Assembly: GCA_026415575.1 (NCBI GenBank)
Contig: JAOAGV010000011.1
Location: forward strand, 625-64,624
Direction: 5' to 3'
DNA: 64,000 bases
Origin: Candidatus Sumerlaeia bacterium
Lineage (GTDB): Bacteria; Sumerlaeota; Sumerlaeia; JADFCW01
In this document: piece after piece, positions 10,026-19,858 of the stretch
Position numbering within the stretch: position 1 is the stretch's first letter
Layout: every line of letters starts with the position of its first letter
Made by a program: the position numbers and the translations under genes
Notes under the pieces: generated by a model
What the model was told of the DNA's origin: nothing
The model's database searches: none
Seen by the model: only the letters and a program-made list of their open reading frames with translations

Positions 10026-10405
10026 CGCTGCATCTCCCAAAAATCAATCCACAAAACTAACTTGGAAAAGTATGCTACCTTGTCTTGAGCGCTTGCAATA
10101 CTTACCTGCAACATTCAGCTGCAAACGGGATCTTCTCCCGATTTCGGGAGATGCACCCGTCGCAATTCCCTTCGGCGAAAAACACTTGCAACACGGTCCC
10201 GCATCAAGCCAATACTTGCACGAGATATAAAGGGCCCAGCCGAGTGAGATTTCGGAGGTTTCGGTGCACGCGAATGCAATCATCGCTTGGGCCGGAAGAA
10301 GGACTCCGATCATCCATCCGAATGGCGCAGCGCGGCAGTCTGAGGCTTTTCGGAAGCCCGCTGATTGTCCGGCTGCGCCGCTTCCACCCAAAGGAGGGCG
10401 GCAGA

Positions 10406-10885
10406 ATGGACAAGATTACCTTCACGCTGAACGGAAAACCCGTCACCCTGACCACCGACGGCAACCGCATGCTGCAATGGGTATTGCGCACCGATTTGGG
10501 GCTGACGGGAACCAAGTATGGCTGCGGGGTGGGCCTATGCGGGGCCTGCACGGTGCTCGTGGATCGGAAAATGACGCGCGCGTGTGTGACGCCGGTCAAG
10601 AACGTGGCCGGAAAAAATGTCCTGACGATCGAGGGGCTGGCCGCTGACGGAAAACTGCATCCGCTGCAAGAGGCGTTCGCCCGTCACGACGCGTTTCAAT
10701 GCGGCTTTTGTACGCCCGGAATGATCATGAGCGCCGCCGCCCTTCTGATGGAAAACCCCAAAGCCACGCGCGAGGACATCATCGCGCACATGGACGGCAA
10801 CCTGTGCCGCTGCGGCGCGCACACCCGCATTCTGGATGCCATCGAGGATGCGGCCAAAACTTGGAAAGGAGAGACCCGACCATGA
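10406..10885 (+). CDS. [2Fe-2S] small subunit of xanthine-dehydrogenase-family molybdoenzyme (IorA/CoxS-like)
   Basis: GTKYGCGVGLCGACTV, QCGFCTPG and NLCRCG motifs; AAAGGAGG RBS. Confidence 0.93.
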   Translation: MDKITFTLNGKPVTLTTDGNRMLQWVLRTDLGLTGTKYGCGVGLCGACTVLVDRKMTRACVTPVKNVAGKNVLTIEGLAADGKLHPLQEAFARHDAFQCGFCTPGMIMSAAALLMENPKATREDIIAHMDGNLCRCGAHTRILDAIEDAAKTWKGETRP

Positions 10886-13047
10886 GAGTGCCCGATTACG
10901 AGAACCCGGACCTGCATGATCCGACGGCGCCCGATACATTCGACCGGCGCGAGTTCCTGCAGCGCCTCGGCGGCGGCATCATTATCATTGTCACGCTCAG
11001 CGATCCGGCGGCTTGGGCGGCGCGCGCAGGGGGCGGGGGCGGCCGCAGCTATCCCGAAGACTTCAACGCTTATCTGCGCATCGGCGAAGACGGCCGCGTG
11101 GCCTGTTTCACCGGCAAGATCGAGATGGGCCAGGGTCCGATCACCTCGCTGGCGCAGATGCTTGCCGATGAACTGGACGTGACCATGGATGTGGTGGACA
11201 TGGTCATGGGCGACACCGACCGGTGTCCGTGGGACATGGGAACCTTCGGTTCGATGACCACACGCTTTTTCGGTCCGCCGCTCCGGGCGGCCGGGGCCGA
11301 GGCGCGCCGTGTGTTGATGGAACTGGCGTCCGAGTCGCTCAAAGTGCCCGTTGAGAATCTGGCGACAAGAAACGGCGTCGTGTATGAAAAAGGCCGGGAG
11401 AAAAACCAAGTCTCCTACGGGCAACTGGCCAAAGGCAAAACCATCGAGCGGCGCCTGAAGGTCAAGCCGGAAACCAAAAGTGTCGCAGAGTTTCAGATCA
11501 TCGGCAAGTCGTACACGCGCACCGACGCTCTGGAAAAAGTCACCGGCCGGGCCAAGTTTGCCGGCGACCTCCGCGAAGAAGGAATGCTCTATGCGCGGTT
11601 GCTGCGGCCGCCGGCGCACGGGGCCAAATTGAAAAGCGCCGACACGTCGGATGCCGAGAAAATCGAAGGCGTAAAGGTCGTGCGCGACGGCGACATGATC
11701 GCCGTCCTTCATCCGCTGCCCGACATGGCACAAAAAGCCTTGGAGGCCATCAAGGCCGAGTTTGATGTTCCCGCCCCGCGCGTGAATGACAAAACGATTT
11801 TCGACCATCTCGTGAAAAACGCCGGGCAGGGCAAACCGGTCCGGCAGGGCGGCAACTTGGCCGAGGGCGAAAAACTGGCCAAGACCCTTGTCGAGGCCAC
11901 CTATCTGAACAGCTACGTGGCCCATGCGCCAATGGAACCACACACCGCCTTGGCGCGCATGGATGGCGACAAGATCACAGTGTGGGCCTCGACGCAAACG
12001 CCGTTTCCGCTTAAGAGCCAAATCGCCAGTGCGCTGAAGATGCCGGAGGGCAACGTGCGCGTGCTGACGCCGTTTGTCGGCGGCGGATTCGGCGGCAAGA
12101 GCGCCAACCAGCAGGCAATCGAAGCAGCGCGCCTTGCGAAACTGACGGGCCGGCCGGTGCAAGTGGCATGGAGCCGACAGGAGGAATTCTTCTACGACAC
12201 ATTTCGACCGGCGGCGGTGGTCAAGATCAAGTCGGGCCTCGAGCCGTCGGGCAAGATTGTCCTTTGGGATTACAACGTGTATTTCGCCGGCTCGCGCGGC
12301 GCCGATCAGTTTTATGCCATCCCTCATCACCGCACGCTGGCCACGGGCGAGTGGCGCGGCGAGGGTGGACCGCATCCGTTTGCCACCGGGGCGTGGCGTG
12401 CGCCGGGCAACAATACCAACACCTTCGCGCGTGAATGCCACATGGACATCATGGCCGCAAAGGCGGGGATGGACCCAATCGAATTCCGGCTGAAAAACCT
12501 CGAAGACCCGAAGATCATCCGCGTGCTCAAAGCGGCGGCGGAAAAATTCGGCTGGAAACCCGCCAAGTCCCCGAGCGGCCGCGGCTTCGGCGTTGCCGTC
12601 GGAATGGATTCCGGGACGTGGGTTGCCCACATCGCCGAGGTCGAGGTCAATCGCGAAACGGGTGCCGTCCGCGTCAAGCGTGTCGTGTGCGCGCAGGATA
12701 TGGGCTTGGTGATCAATCCGCAGGGGGCGATCATTCAGATGGAAGGCTGCATTATGATGGGCCTTGGCTATGCCCTGACCGAGGAAATCCATTTCGAGGG
12801 CGGCAGGGTGTTGGATACGGATTTCGGCACCTATGTGATCCCCCGTTTTTCGTGGTTGCCCAAGATCGAGACAATGCTGGTCGGCGCGAACGAACCGCCC
12901 GCTCAAGGCGGTGGCGAGCCGGCCATCATCTGCATGGGTGCGGTGATCGCCAACGCTATCTACGACGCCGTCGGGGCGCGGTTGTTTCAACTGCCCATGA
13001 CGCCCGAACGCGTGAAGGCGGCACTCGCCGCACAGCCGGTCGGATAA
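10882..13047 (+). CDS. Molybdopterin-binding large subunit, isoquinoline 1-oxidoreductase beta (IorB)-like, Tat signal
   Basis: RREFL Tat motif; EMGQG, HAPMEP, GGGFGGK, WRAPG, QMEG and GGGEP motifs. ATGA overlap with the small subunit. Confidence 0.9.
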   Translation: MRVPDYENPDLHDPTAPDTFDRREFLQRLGGGIIIIVTLSDPAAWAARAGGGGGRSYPEDFNAYLRIGEDGRVACFTGKIEMGQGPITSLAQMLADELDVTMDVVDMVMGDTDRCPWDMGTFGSMTTRFFGPPLRAAGAEARRVLMELASESLKVPVENLATRNGVVYEKGREKNQVSYGQLAKGKTIERRLKVKPETKSVAEFQIIGKSYTRTDALEKVTGRAKFAGDLREEGMLYARLLRPPAHGAKLKSADTSDAEKIEGVKVVRDGDMIAVLHPLPDMAQKALEAIKAEFDVPAPRVNDKTIFDHLVKNAGQGKPVRQGGNLAEGEKLAKTLVEATYLNSYVAHAPMEPHTALARMDGDKITVWASTQTPFPLKSQIASALKMPEGNVRVLTPFVGGGFGGKSANQQAIEAARLAKLTGRPVQVAWSRQEEFFYDTFRPAAVVKIKSGLEPSGKIVLWDYNVYFAGSRGADQFYAIPHHRTLATGEWRGEGGPHPFATGAWRAPGNNTNTFARECHMDIMAAKAGMDPIEFRLKNLEDPKIIRVLKAAAEKFGWKPAKSPSGRGFGVAVGMDSGTWVAHIAEVEVNRETGAVRVKRVVCAQDMGLVINPQGAIIQMEGCIMMGLGYALTEEIHFEGGRVLDTDFGTYVIPRFSWLPKIETMLVGANEPPAQGGGEPAIICMGAVIANAIYDAVGARLFQLPMTPERVKAALAAQPVG

Positions 13048-13489
13048 GGGTAAGGAAACAATAGATTGTTTGGACTTGGGCTTACCCGGACTAATGGGAG
13101 CTCGAATGTGTTGGCATCCATCGCCTCGCAATGACGCGGTCGGACTGCGTGCCAGCCATGTTCTGCGCCGGCTAATATGTGACGCGATCCTTCGAGCACA
13201 AGCTCACGCAAAGGTACCAAGGCAGCAAAGAGAACAATGTATGATTCGCCAAGAGGGTCGCGTGTCTAACAACAGCGAGTTCGATTTCTCTTCGTCCAAC
13301 TGAAATCAAGGCACCGATTTGCCAGCTGGCGGCTTCGCGTCCGGTGCAAAGCGGGATGGTCTTTGCGGTCACGCTGTCAAACGCCGCCGGCAGGTCCGTC
13401 CGTTTCCCGTCGCCGGTTCACCTCACCGTGCAGTTCAAGCCGGGCAGCGAACCGACGGAAACCTGCCGCATGCATTTCAGCGGCAGTCC

Positions 13490-14824
13490 TCACTTTTCCG
13501 GCTTGTCGGAAAACATTCCCTTCATGTCGTAGAGATCTATCAGGGCCTGATTGACAAGCCGCTCGCCGCCGCCGACCTCGATGAACGTGCGCCGGGCCGC
13601 GCCATAGCCGCCTTCGGCCGCCGCGCGGATGTCGGGGATGTATTCCGGCCACTTCGGATGCCCGCACGTGGTGTAGCCCAAGAACAACGGGAACTCAACG
13701 GGCGCGTCGCGTTTGAACATCATTTGAAGCGACAGGTGCGGTTCGCCCGGAATGGCCATGATGCCGATCCGGCGGTTGATCAGGACACTGGCCGCGCCGA
13801 TTTCGATCGGACCGGCGGGCATGTAGTACTCCGAACCGGGTTCCTTCCAGCGGTTGGCAAACGTCATGGTTCGCCGGCGCCATTGGAGTTCATCCGGACC
13901 ACCAACGGGCCGCGCATGAGTGAGGGCGCGAAGCACTTCGTCGGCCAGAAGTTCGCCCATGACTTTGGCGCGCCGGAAGCAGTCCTCGTTGGTCTCGTCC
14001 TTTGCGCCGGTGCCAACAAACAGCGGGTTGATGTTGCTGCCCGCGCCTTGCATGAACAGGCAGAAGGCTTGCGGCTTTATTCCCTTCTCGACTTTGTCGG
14101 CCATCGGCCCGACGTAGTCGGCGCTCATTTCGAGGTTGCGCGGCCCGAGACACACGGGATGACAGGCATAATTGACCAACACGGCGCGCGTGGTTCCCGC
14201 ATCGGCGTCCTCGACTCGAATAATGCCGACCGTCGGATCCACCGGCCCGTAGGGGATGCGTTCGGGATTGCGAAAGAGCGGCTTACGGCGCCCGTCGGGC
14301 TGCATGACCAGCCGATTGTAGCCGAGCGTGATGTCGCCACGAGCCGTCGAGAGCCGCGCACGAAACAAACCAGCGCTGGCTTGCCCGATGGCCGCCAGAA
14401 TCTTGTCCTCGATTTCGCGGAAAACCTCTTGGAACCTGTCGGGCTTCCAAAGATGCTGCGAATAGAGCAGGTCGGGTGTCGCGTGGCTGTGGCTGGCCGC
14501 CGTGAGCACCAAGCCGACGGCATATTTTTCTTGGGCTTCACGGGCTACGCGCTCGGACGGAAACCAGATCAGGTCGAGCGACACAATGGCCATGCGCCTG
14601 CCGTCGCAATCGAGCACCAAGGCACGCGCAAACAGCGGATCGTGGACGCCGACGGCTGGGGAAGTTCTCGAATCATAGCCGCCGAGATACACACCCCCGC
14701 CGCGAGGCGTGATGTCTGTCTTGGCCACTCCGGCCCGCAGCGATGACACCTCCGCGGCGCCGGCAGGGATGTGAAAAGTCACTGCAAGAAATAGACCGAT
14801 ACACACGAGTGTACTGCCGCGCAT
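13490..14824 (-). CDS. Secreted neutral/alkaline ceramidase-like family protein
   Basis: Signal peptide; RAGVAKTDITP, HDPLFARALVL, ASHSHATP, NYACHP, SADYVG and QGAGSNINP motifs; GGAGG RBS. Confidence 0.8.
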   Translation of the reverse strand: MRGSTLVCIGLFLAVTFHIPAGAAEVSSLRAGVAKTDITPRGGGVYLGGYDSRTSPAVGVHDPLFARALVLDCDGRRMAIVSLDLIWFPSERVAREAQEKYAVGLVLTAASHSHATPDLLYSQHLWKPDRFQEVFREIEDKILAAIGQASAGLFRARLSTARGDITLGYNRLVMQPDGRRKPLFRNPERIPYGPVDPTVGIIRVEDADAGTTRAVLVNYACHPVCLGPRNLEMSADYVGPMADKVEKGIKPQAFCLFMQGAGSNINPLFVGTGAKDETNEDCFRRAKVMGELLADEVLRALTHARPVGGPDELQWRRRTMTFANRWKEPGSEYYMPAGPIEIGAASVLINRRIGIMAIPGEPHLSLQMMFKRDAPVEFPLFLGYTTCGHPKWPEYIPDIRAAAEGGYGAARRTFIEVGGGERLVNQALIDLYDMKGMFSDKPEK

Positions 14825-15179
14825 GTTTTTTACCTCCGATGCGGATGCCTGCGGATATGAGTTTGGTGTTGTTGACAGCCCCGCAGGATTTTGCGTGGCG
14901 CAACATGCATACGAGCAAGCATGAACCGATGCACCGACACGAGAACCACGAGGCGCTGCCCATCGTGGTTTCTCCACCAAAAGGCCGGGGCCGCGGCTGA
15001 GGCGTTCCGCATCGCGCATGCAAGGCGAACGATCCTACATCAACGCCCCGGCGGAAATGAAAAGTTCGCACATGTCCGGCAACCAATTTTCCGACACCGT
15101 TCTGCCGGAATTTCCGCGGCGCGCGCCGGGCCTTGTTCTCCTCCATCGGAAGAACGTCTATACGTGCTGAGTGCGAACG

Positions 15180-15199
15180 GGGCGGACAAACCGCCCTAC
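15180..15199 (-). repeat. GTAG-type REP-like palindrome
   Basis: Minus strand reads GTAGGGCGG-TTTGT-CCGCCC, just downstream of the Gfo/Idh/MocA gene. Confidence 0.35.
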
Positions 15200-15222
15200 A
15201 AGCGAACACAACTTTCCGCGCG

Positions 15223-16626
15223 TTAGAACTTTTTCTGGTTCTTTCGCGGTGCGTAATCCACCAGCACGCGCTTCTCCGGGTCGAAGTGCATCGTCCGGTT
15301 TTCGTAATAGGAGGTTACACCCATTTCCACGGCGACCGTGATCATGTAGCCTTCCCACGCGCCTTCGAGCGGTTTTTCGCGCGTGCGAATGCACTTGATA
15401 AAGTCGTCGTGCAGGAAGTTCTCCGTAAAGCGCGAGGGGTCTTTCTGCTCCGGAATCCGCAGCGCCTTGACGCGCCGCTGCCCGCCCCAGCGCGGCAGGT
15501 CCACCTCCGCCCATTCGCCTTTCAATCCTGCTTTGGCACAGCGCTCCTCGAAGCCTTTTACGAACGGCGCCTCCGGCGCGACGGTGACGCCCGTGCGGTC
15601 AATCAGCAACACCGCCTCGTGGCCCCGAATCACCTCCGGCCACGAATACTCGCTGACCATCGTGCCGTCCAGAATGGTTGTGTACTGGCTCGGATACTCG
15701 ATGGTCGTGATGTAGGTGTCGTAAATGTCGCGGTCAAACTCTACATATTGTCCGCCCGAGGAACAGACCTTGATCGGGAATTCGTGCCCCGTGGCCACCA
15801 GCATTGCCCCCAGCGTGTGGCAAAGCAGGTCGGAGGCCGATCCGCCGCCGTAGTCGCGGAACTTGCGGAAGCGGAAAAACCGTTCGGGGTCGAACGGACG
15901 CTCCGGCGCCAGATTGAATTTCCATCCCTGCCACACCGGCCAGTTGGTGGTCTCCGCGTTGGCGTCCGGGGTGATGGCATCGGGATGCGGGGCGACGTAA
16001 TTCCACTGCCCCTCGGAGGAATTGCGGCACCAGCCGGCCATCATGACCACGAGCTTGCCGAGGACGCCCGACTTGACGACCTCGCGCGCGCGGTGATACT
16101 CGTCCCAGCAGGCCATCTGGTTGCCGACTTCGAGAATGCGCTTGGTGCGCTGCTGGGTTTCATAGACCTTTTTCGCATCGTCAATGTTGATCGTCATCGG
16201 TGTTTCGACATAGACATCCTTGCCCGCTTCCATCGCATCGAGACTGATCTTGGCGTGCCAGTGCCAGGGGGTCGGCGTGATAATGCCGTCAATGTCGGGC
16301 CGGGCAAGCAACTCGTTGTAGTCGCGATAGCCTTTGGCCCCCGTCATCTCTTCGGCCTCTTTCAAACGGCGGACATAGAGATCGGAAACGGCGACCAGCT
16401 GGACATCGCCTTTTTCCTTCTGACGGCGAAGCAATTCCTTGATGTGCTGGCCGCCGCGCCAGCCGCAGCCGATGACGCCAAGGTTGACGCGGTCGTTGGC
16501 GCCCAGCACGCGTGCCGCCGCCGGCCGGGAGTGGCCGGACAGATACGTTACGGCTGCGGCAGCGGCCGCCGAAGTCCCAGTGGTGCGGAGAAAGTCCCGC
16601 CGGTTGGTCTTGCGCGATTCAGACAT
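15223..16626 (-). CDS. Tat-exported Gfo/Idh/MocA family oxidoreductase
   Basis: NRRDFL Tat motif; VLGANDRVNLGVIGCGWRG, TPWHWH, AGKDVYVETP and DLLCH motifs; AAGGAG RBS. Confidence 0.92.
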   Translation of the reverse strand: MSESRKTNRRDFLRTTGTSAAAAAAVTYLSGHSRPAAARVLGANDRVNLGVIGCGWRGGQHIKELLRRQKEKGDVQLVAVSDLYVRRLKEAEEMTGAKGYRDYNELLARPDIDGIITPTPWHWHAKISLDAMEAGKDVYVETPMTINIDDAKKVYETQQRTKRILEVGNQMACWDEYHRAREVVKSGVLGKLVVMMAGWCRNSSEGQWNYVAPHPDAITPDANAETTNWPVWQGWKFNLAPERPFDPERFFRFRKFRDYGGGSASDLLCHTLGAMLVATGHEFPIKVCSSGGQYVEFDRDIYDTYITTIEYPSQYTTILDGTMVSEYSWPEVIRGHEAVLLIDRTGVTVAPEAPFVKGFEERCAKAGLKGEWAEVDLPRWGGQRRVKALRIPEQKDPSRFTENFLHDDFIKCIRTREKPLEGAWEGYMITVAVEMGVTSYYENRTMHFDPEKRVLVDYAPRKNQKKF

Positions 16627-17166
16627 GGTTGTATTCTCCTTGTAGTTAGGATTGAATCCTTTGACCCCCGCCTTCTAATCAGTCAACTTCGCCCCAAAAT
16701 CTAAAGGTTTTTCAAGTCGAATTTGTTTCGCAAGAACTTCCCCCATTCTTTCAAGAAACGGTCTCATACAAAGTCGCCCAGCAGCAAACATTTCATCTTG
16801 CACCGATTGACTTGGAAACAGTCGAACAATGCGGTCATAAAAGGCGGCCCCGCTGACTTGGTCAAGGATGAGGCTTTTTGCAGGCTTTGGGTCTTTGCGT
16901 GAGATTTTTTTAAAAATCCCGCGTACTCCAAACTTCAGTTTGGCGTTCGCAGTTCCCGCTTCAGCGAACGGGATGCGGGCTGGTTGTTCTGGTTGTTTCG
17001 CTTTATGCACGAGCCGAAATTTTCCCTGAAGTCAGTACACCACACGGCAAACTCAGGAACCATGTGCAAAAGTCTGGTCGCCATTGGACCGTCAACTTTT
17101 ACACGAGGCCGTGAAGTTTGAACGACTTGCATGCTGAAGACTTGTGCGGTGTGCGTCCGACTGCGG

Positions 17167-18420
17167 CTAATCTGTTCCACGAAGCAGGCGGCGCTGAAAG
17201 TCAACCGTGGGGGGGAGATAGCTGCGCGGATCAATCAGAACTTCTCGGCCGGAGCGCGACTGGCGCATTTCGAATCGCAGACCGGCGCGGTCTTTGTCCT
17301 CGATGAACCCGGACCGGCCGATCACCTCGCCGCGCGCCACCGACGTATTGGCGGCCACCCGCACCTCGCTGAGAAATCCGTAGAGCGTCAGAACGCCGTC
17401 GGCATGTTCGAGGATGACCAGATTGCCGTAGCCCATGAACCGGCCCGCATGGAGCACCTTGCCGGCTTCGAGGGCGTGGATTTCGGTGCCTTCGGCAACC
17501 AGCAGATCGAGGCCGGAACCCTCGCGAAGGCCGGGCGGCGTGGAAGCGCGCGGCTGGGCAGCGGGGGGCGCGGTCGGGACACGCGGCTTAGGCTTGGGCG
17601 TCGGTGCGCGTGCGGTTGATGGTTTCGCCGGCGTAGAAGGCGGCTTTCGCCCTGCGGTTTCCAGTGAGGCTATCTCCGATTCCGTAGATTTTCGCAGCTT
17701 TTCCAACAGAGTCAGGCGCGACTGCGCCGTTTTCCGCTCGACTTGGACTTTTTCAAGTTCCTTTTCCAATTGCTGAATTTCCGTGCCCATTTTTTCGATT
17801 GTGGCTTTTGAAATCCCGCCAGCCTTGCGGATTTCCTCCAACGCCATGGCGGCGAGCATTTGCGATCCGCGGATACGGCGGATGGATTCGTCAAGGGTCG
17901 CCGCCTCGCTGGTAAGCGATTCCAGATGAAGCGCGACCAGATGGAGGGCAAGGGCTTCGACTGGTGGTTTGCGGCGAAGCCGCGTTTGATAAACAAGATG
18001 CTGTGTTGCGACAAATGCGTGAAGGGCGGGCAGTTGGGCTTCGAGCCCCACCCGGCGGGCTTGTTGCACTTCGATGGCGGCCGACGTGGCGGCGATTTGC
18101 GCGGCGAGCGTATCATATCCGCCAAGTGCTTCGTCGGGGGTCCGGCGCGGTTGGGCGAGGATTTTTTTCCGCGCGGCGATACTTTCCTGCACGTCCTTTT
18201 CCCGCTCGTTCAGCGAAGAGATTTGTTTCTGCACGGCGGCAATCTGGCGCTTCACGTCGGCAAGACGCTCGCGGCGTTTCTGCAACTCGGAAGGCGGAGC
18301 TGACGCCGCCCGTACCGTGCCCGCTTCCAAATGAGCAGCGAGCAGCAGAATCGCGATCGCGATGCAAGCACGCCCCCGCCAGTCGTTGCGCTTATTCCCG
18401 CATGGTCTCACGCCGCACAC
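17167..18420 (-). CDS. EnvC-like murein hydrolase activator (coiled coil + degenerate M23/LytM domain); start uncertain
   Basis: Signal peptide, long coiled coil and Pro-rich linker, then GYGNLVILEH...TLYGFL...GEVIG..G...LRFEMR. The metal-binding histidines are missing. Directly follows the ftsX-like gene. Confidence 0.78.
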   Translation of the reverse strand: MCGVRPCGNKRNDWRGRACIAIAILLLAAHLEAGTVRAASAPPSELQKRRERLADVKRQIAAVQKQISSLNEREKDVQESIAARKKILAQPRRTPDEALGGYDTLAAQIAATSAAIEVQQARRVGLEAQLPALHAFVATQHLVYQTRLRRKPPVEALALHLVALHLESLTSEAATLDESIRRIRGSQMLAAMALEEIRKAGGISKATIEKMGTEIQQLEKELEKVQVERKTAQSRLTLLEKLRKSTESEIASLETAGRKPPSTPAKPSTARAPTPKPKPRVPTAPPAAQPRASTPPGLREGSGLDLLVAEGTEIHALEAGKVLHAGRFMGYGNLVILEHADGVLTLYGFLSEVRVAANTSVARGEVIGRSGFIEDKDRAGLRFEMRQSRSGREVLIDPRSYLPPTVDFQRRLLRGTD

Positions 18421-18445
18421 CTCAACTCCGCCGCCCACGGCGGGC

Positions 18446-19279
18446 CTACGCCAGATACCATCCAAGCGCCGCACCGAGCCAATACGCGCCAAAACCGCCC
18501 AGAACGGTTGCACACGCTGCGACGGCATGCTGGGCCACCGTCAGTGGCGGCGAGGCCGGGATTGGCCACAAAACCCACAGTACGAACAAGCACGCCCATG
18601 CTGCCAGCACTGCGGCCACGCTCTCGCCGAGGGCGCGCCAGCCGGCAGGGGCAAGGTTTTCCGCCAGCCGAGGCTGGACGGCGACCTCTGAACCAATCAC
18701 CTGAACCGGCGCGAACACACCGCGCGGCCGTTGCCATGTGGTGCGCACGCCGGCCATAAAAGCACCCAGCGCCGCTATGCCAAGATAACCGAGAAGCAAA
18801 CGGCAGAGGGATTGATAGGTGTCTATGGCGCGTTCCACGCCGCTCCTGTCGTAAAACAGCTGCGCAAGACCGGCATGGCCTCGGAGGGTCTCGATGGTTC
18901 CGGCGAACAATTGCGGCGAGCGAACGGGCCGGCGCAACTGAATTTCCACTATAGAGCCCAATCCGCTCAAGGCAGCGGCGACGGGAGCTGTCGTTCCCGC
19001 CGCTTCCATCGCGTCGGCCAGATGCTGAGCCAGTTCGTTGGCCTCCACCCATCGGGCCTGTTGCACGCCATCGCTGTGCGTCAGGGATTCAATCAAGGAG
19101 GAAGAATTCGGCGGAACAGACCGCTGAGGCACGGCAAGAACAATCATCTCCGATTCAACGGAAGCGGCCCACTGCGCAACGGAAAGCCGGGCATAAAAAC
19201 CGGCGCCGAAAGCCAGTGCTGTGCAAAACAGAACGAAAGCTGATCGGTTTCTTCGAGCCTCAATAAGGGCAGAAAACAT
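18446..19279 (-). CDS. FtsX-like cell division permease (divergent)
   Basis: One TM, an extracellular domain (GVQQARWV ... IVEIQL), then three TMs. Upstream of the envC-like gene. Confidence 0.55.
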   Translation of the reverse strand: MFSALIEARRNRSAFVLFCTALAFGAGFYARLSVAQWAASVESEMIVLAVPQRSVPPNSSSLIESLTHSDGVQQARWVEANELAQHLADAMEAAGTTAPVAAALSGLGSIVEIQLRRPVRSPQLFAGTIETLRGHAGLAQLFYDRSGVERAIDTYQSLCRLLLGYLGIAALGAFMAGVRTTWQRPRGVFAPVQVIGSEVAVQPRLAENLAPAGWRALGESVAAVLAAWACLFVLWVLWPIPASPPLTVAQHAVAACATVLGGFGAYWLGAALGWYLA

Positions 19280-19395
19280 TTTAATTCCTTATAAATCAAC
19301 GATCAATAAGAATAACATCCAAGAAATATTAGAGAATCTTTGGGCGTCAAAGTAAAGAAAAAACTGAAAATTCCTATTGCATGTGGAAAACTAGG

Positions 19396-19442
19396 ACGCT
19401 ACATATTGTATAGCGTTCCGGTGAAAAAGCAATATACAGTAT
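19396..19442. promoter_or_regulatory. Tandem NrdR-box-like operators
   Basis: CTACATATTG at 19399 and CAATATACAG at 19430, 31 bp apart, against the NrdR core CwAtATaTwG. Confidence 0.55.
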
Positions 19443-19858
19443 CTATCGGTTGCTCCTCGGCCGGAATTGCAAGATTCGATTGTTTGTAGCGTTTTGGATT
19501 TTAGAATCGGGGTTTTGGATTGAGAATTGGCGCGTTATAACGGCGCAGGAAATGTCAGTTTGCTTTTTCTATATTCTTTTGCGCAAAAAAATTTGAAATG
19601 CCTTTTGGCGAGCCTCCCACGAACTGTTAGGTGATGGCGGATTGCTGTATAGCAAATTGAACCCGGCTGGCACAAAACATTTGCCGGCAACAAACTTTAG
19701 ACCTACGGAGGTGGTCATTCGGTTTGGTGGCTCGTTCTTCCCAAACGTAACAAATCCCGCGGGAGCAGCTGCAGTGTAGCCCGCACCGGCGTGTTTAGCC
19801 GCTCGCCGGTTCCCTCAGTTACGATAGTGACACCTGTAGTGGAAGCAGGAGAGATCGC

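Noticed and set aside
13048..13087. Hairpin after iorB as intrinsic terminator
   Set aside because: The stem is interrupted and there is no U-tract.
10696..13131. Long antisense and alternate-frame ORFs (e.g. 10696-13131, 29477-31615, 580-2019, 13319-14746, 15133-16704, 38826-40262)
   Set aside because: They are shadows of real genes in GC-rich DNA and show no recognisable motifs.
17040..17100. GGCAAAC...GCAAAAG resembling a c-di-GMP-I riboswitch
   Set aside because: The GAAA tetraloop stem and downstream receptor hairpin cannot be formed, and no plus-strand gene follows.
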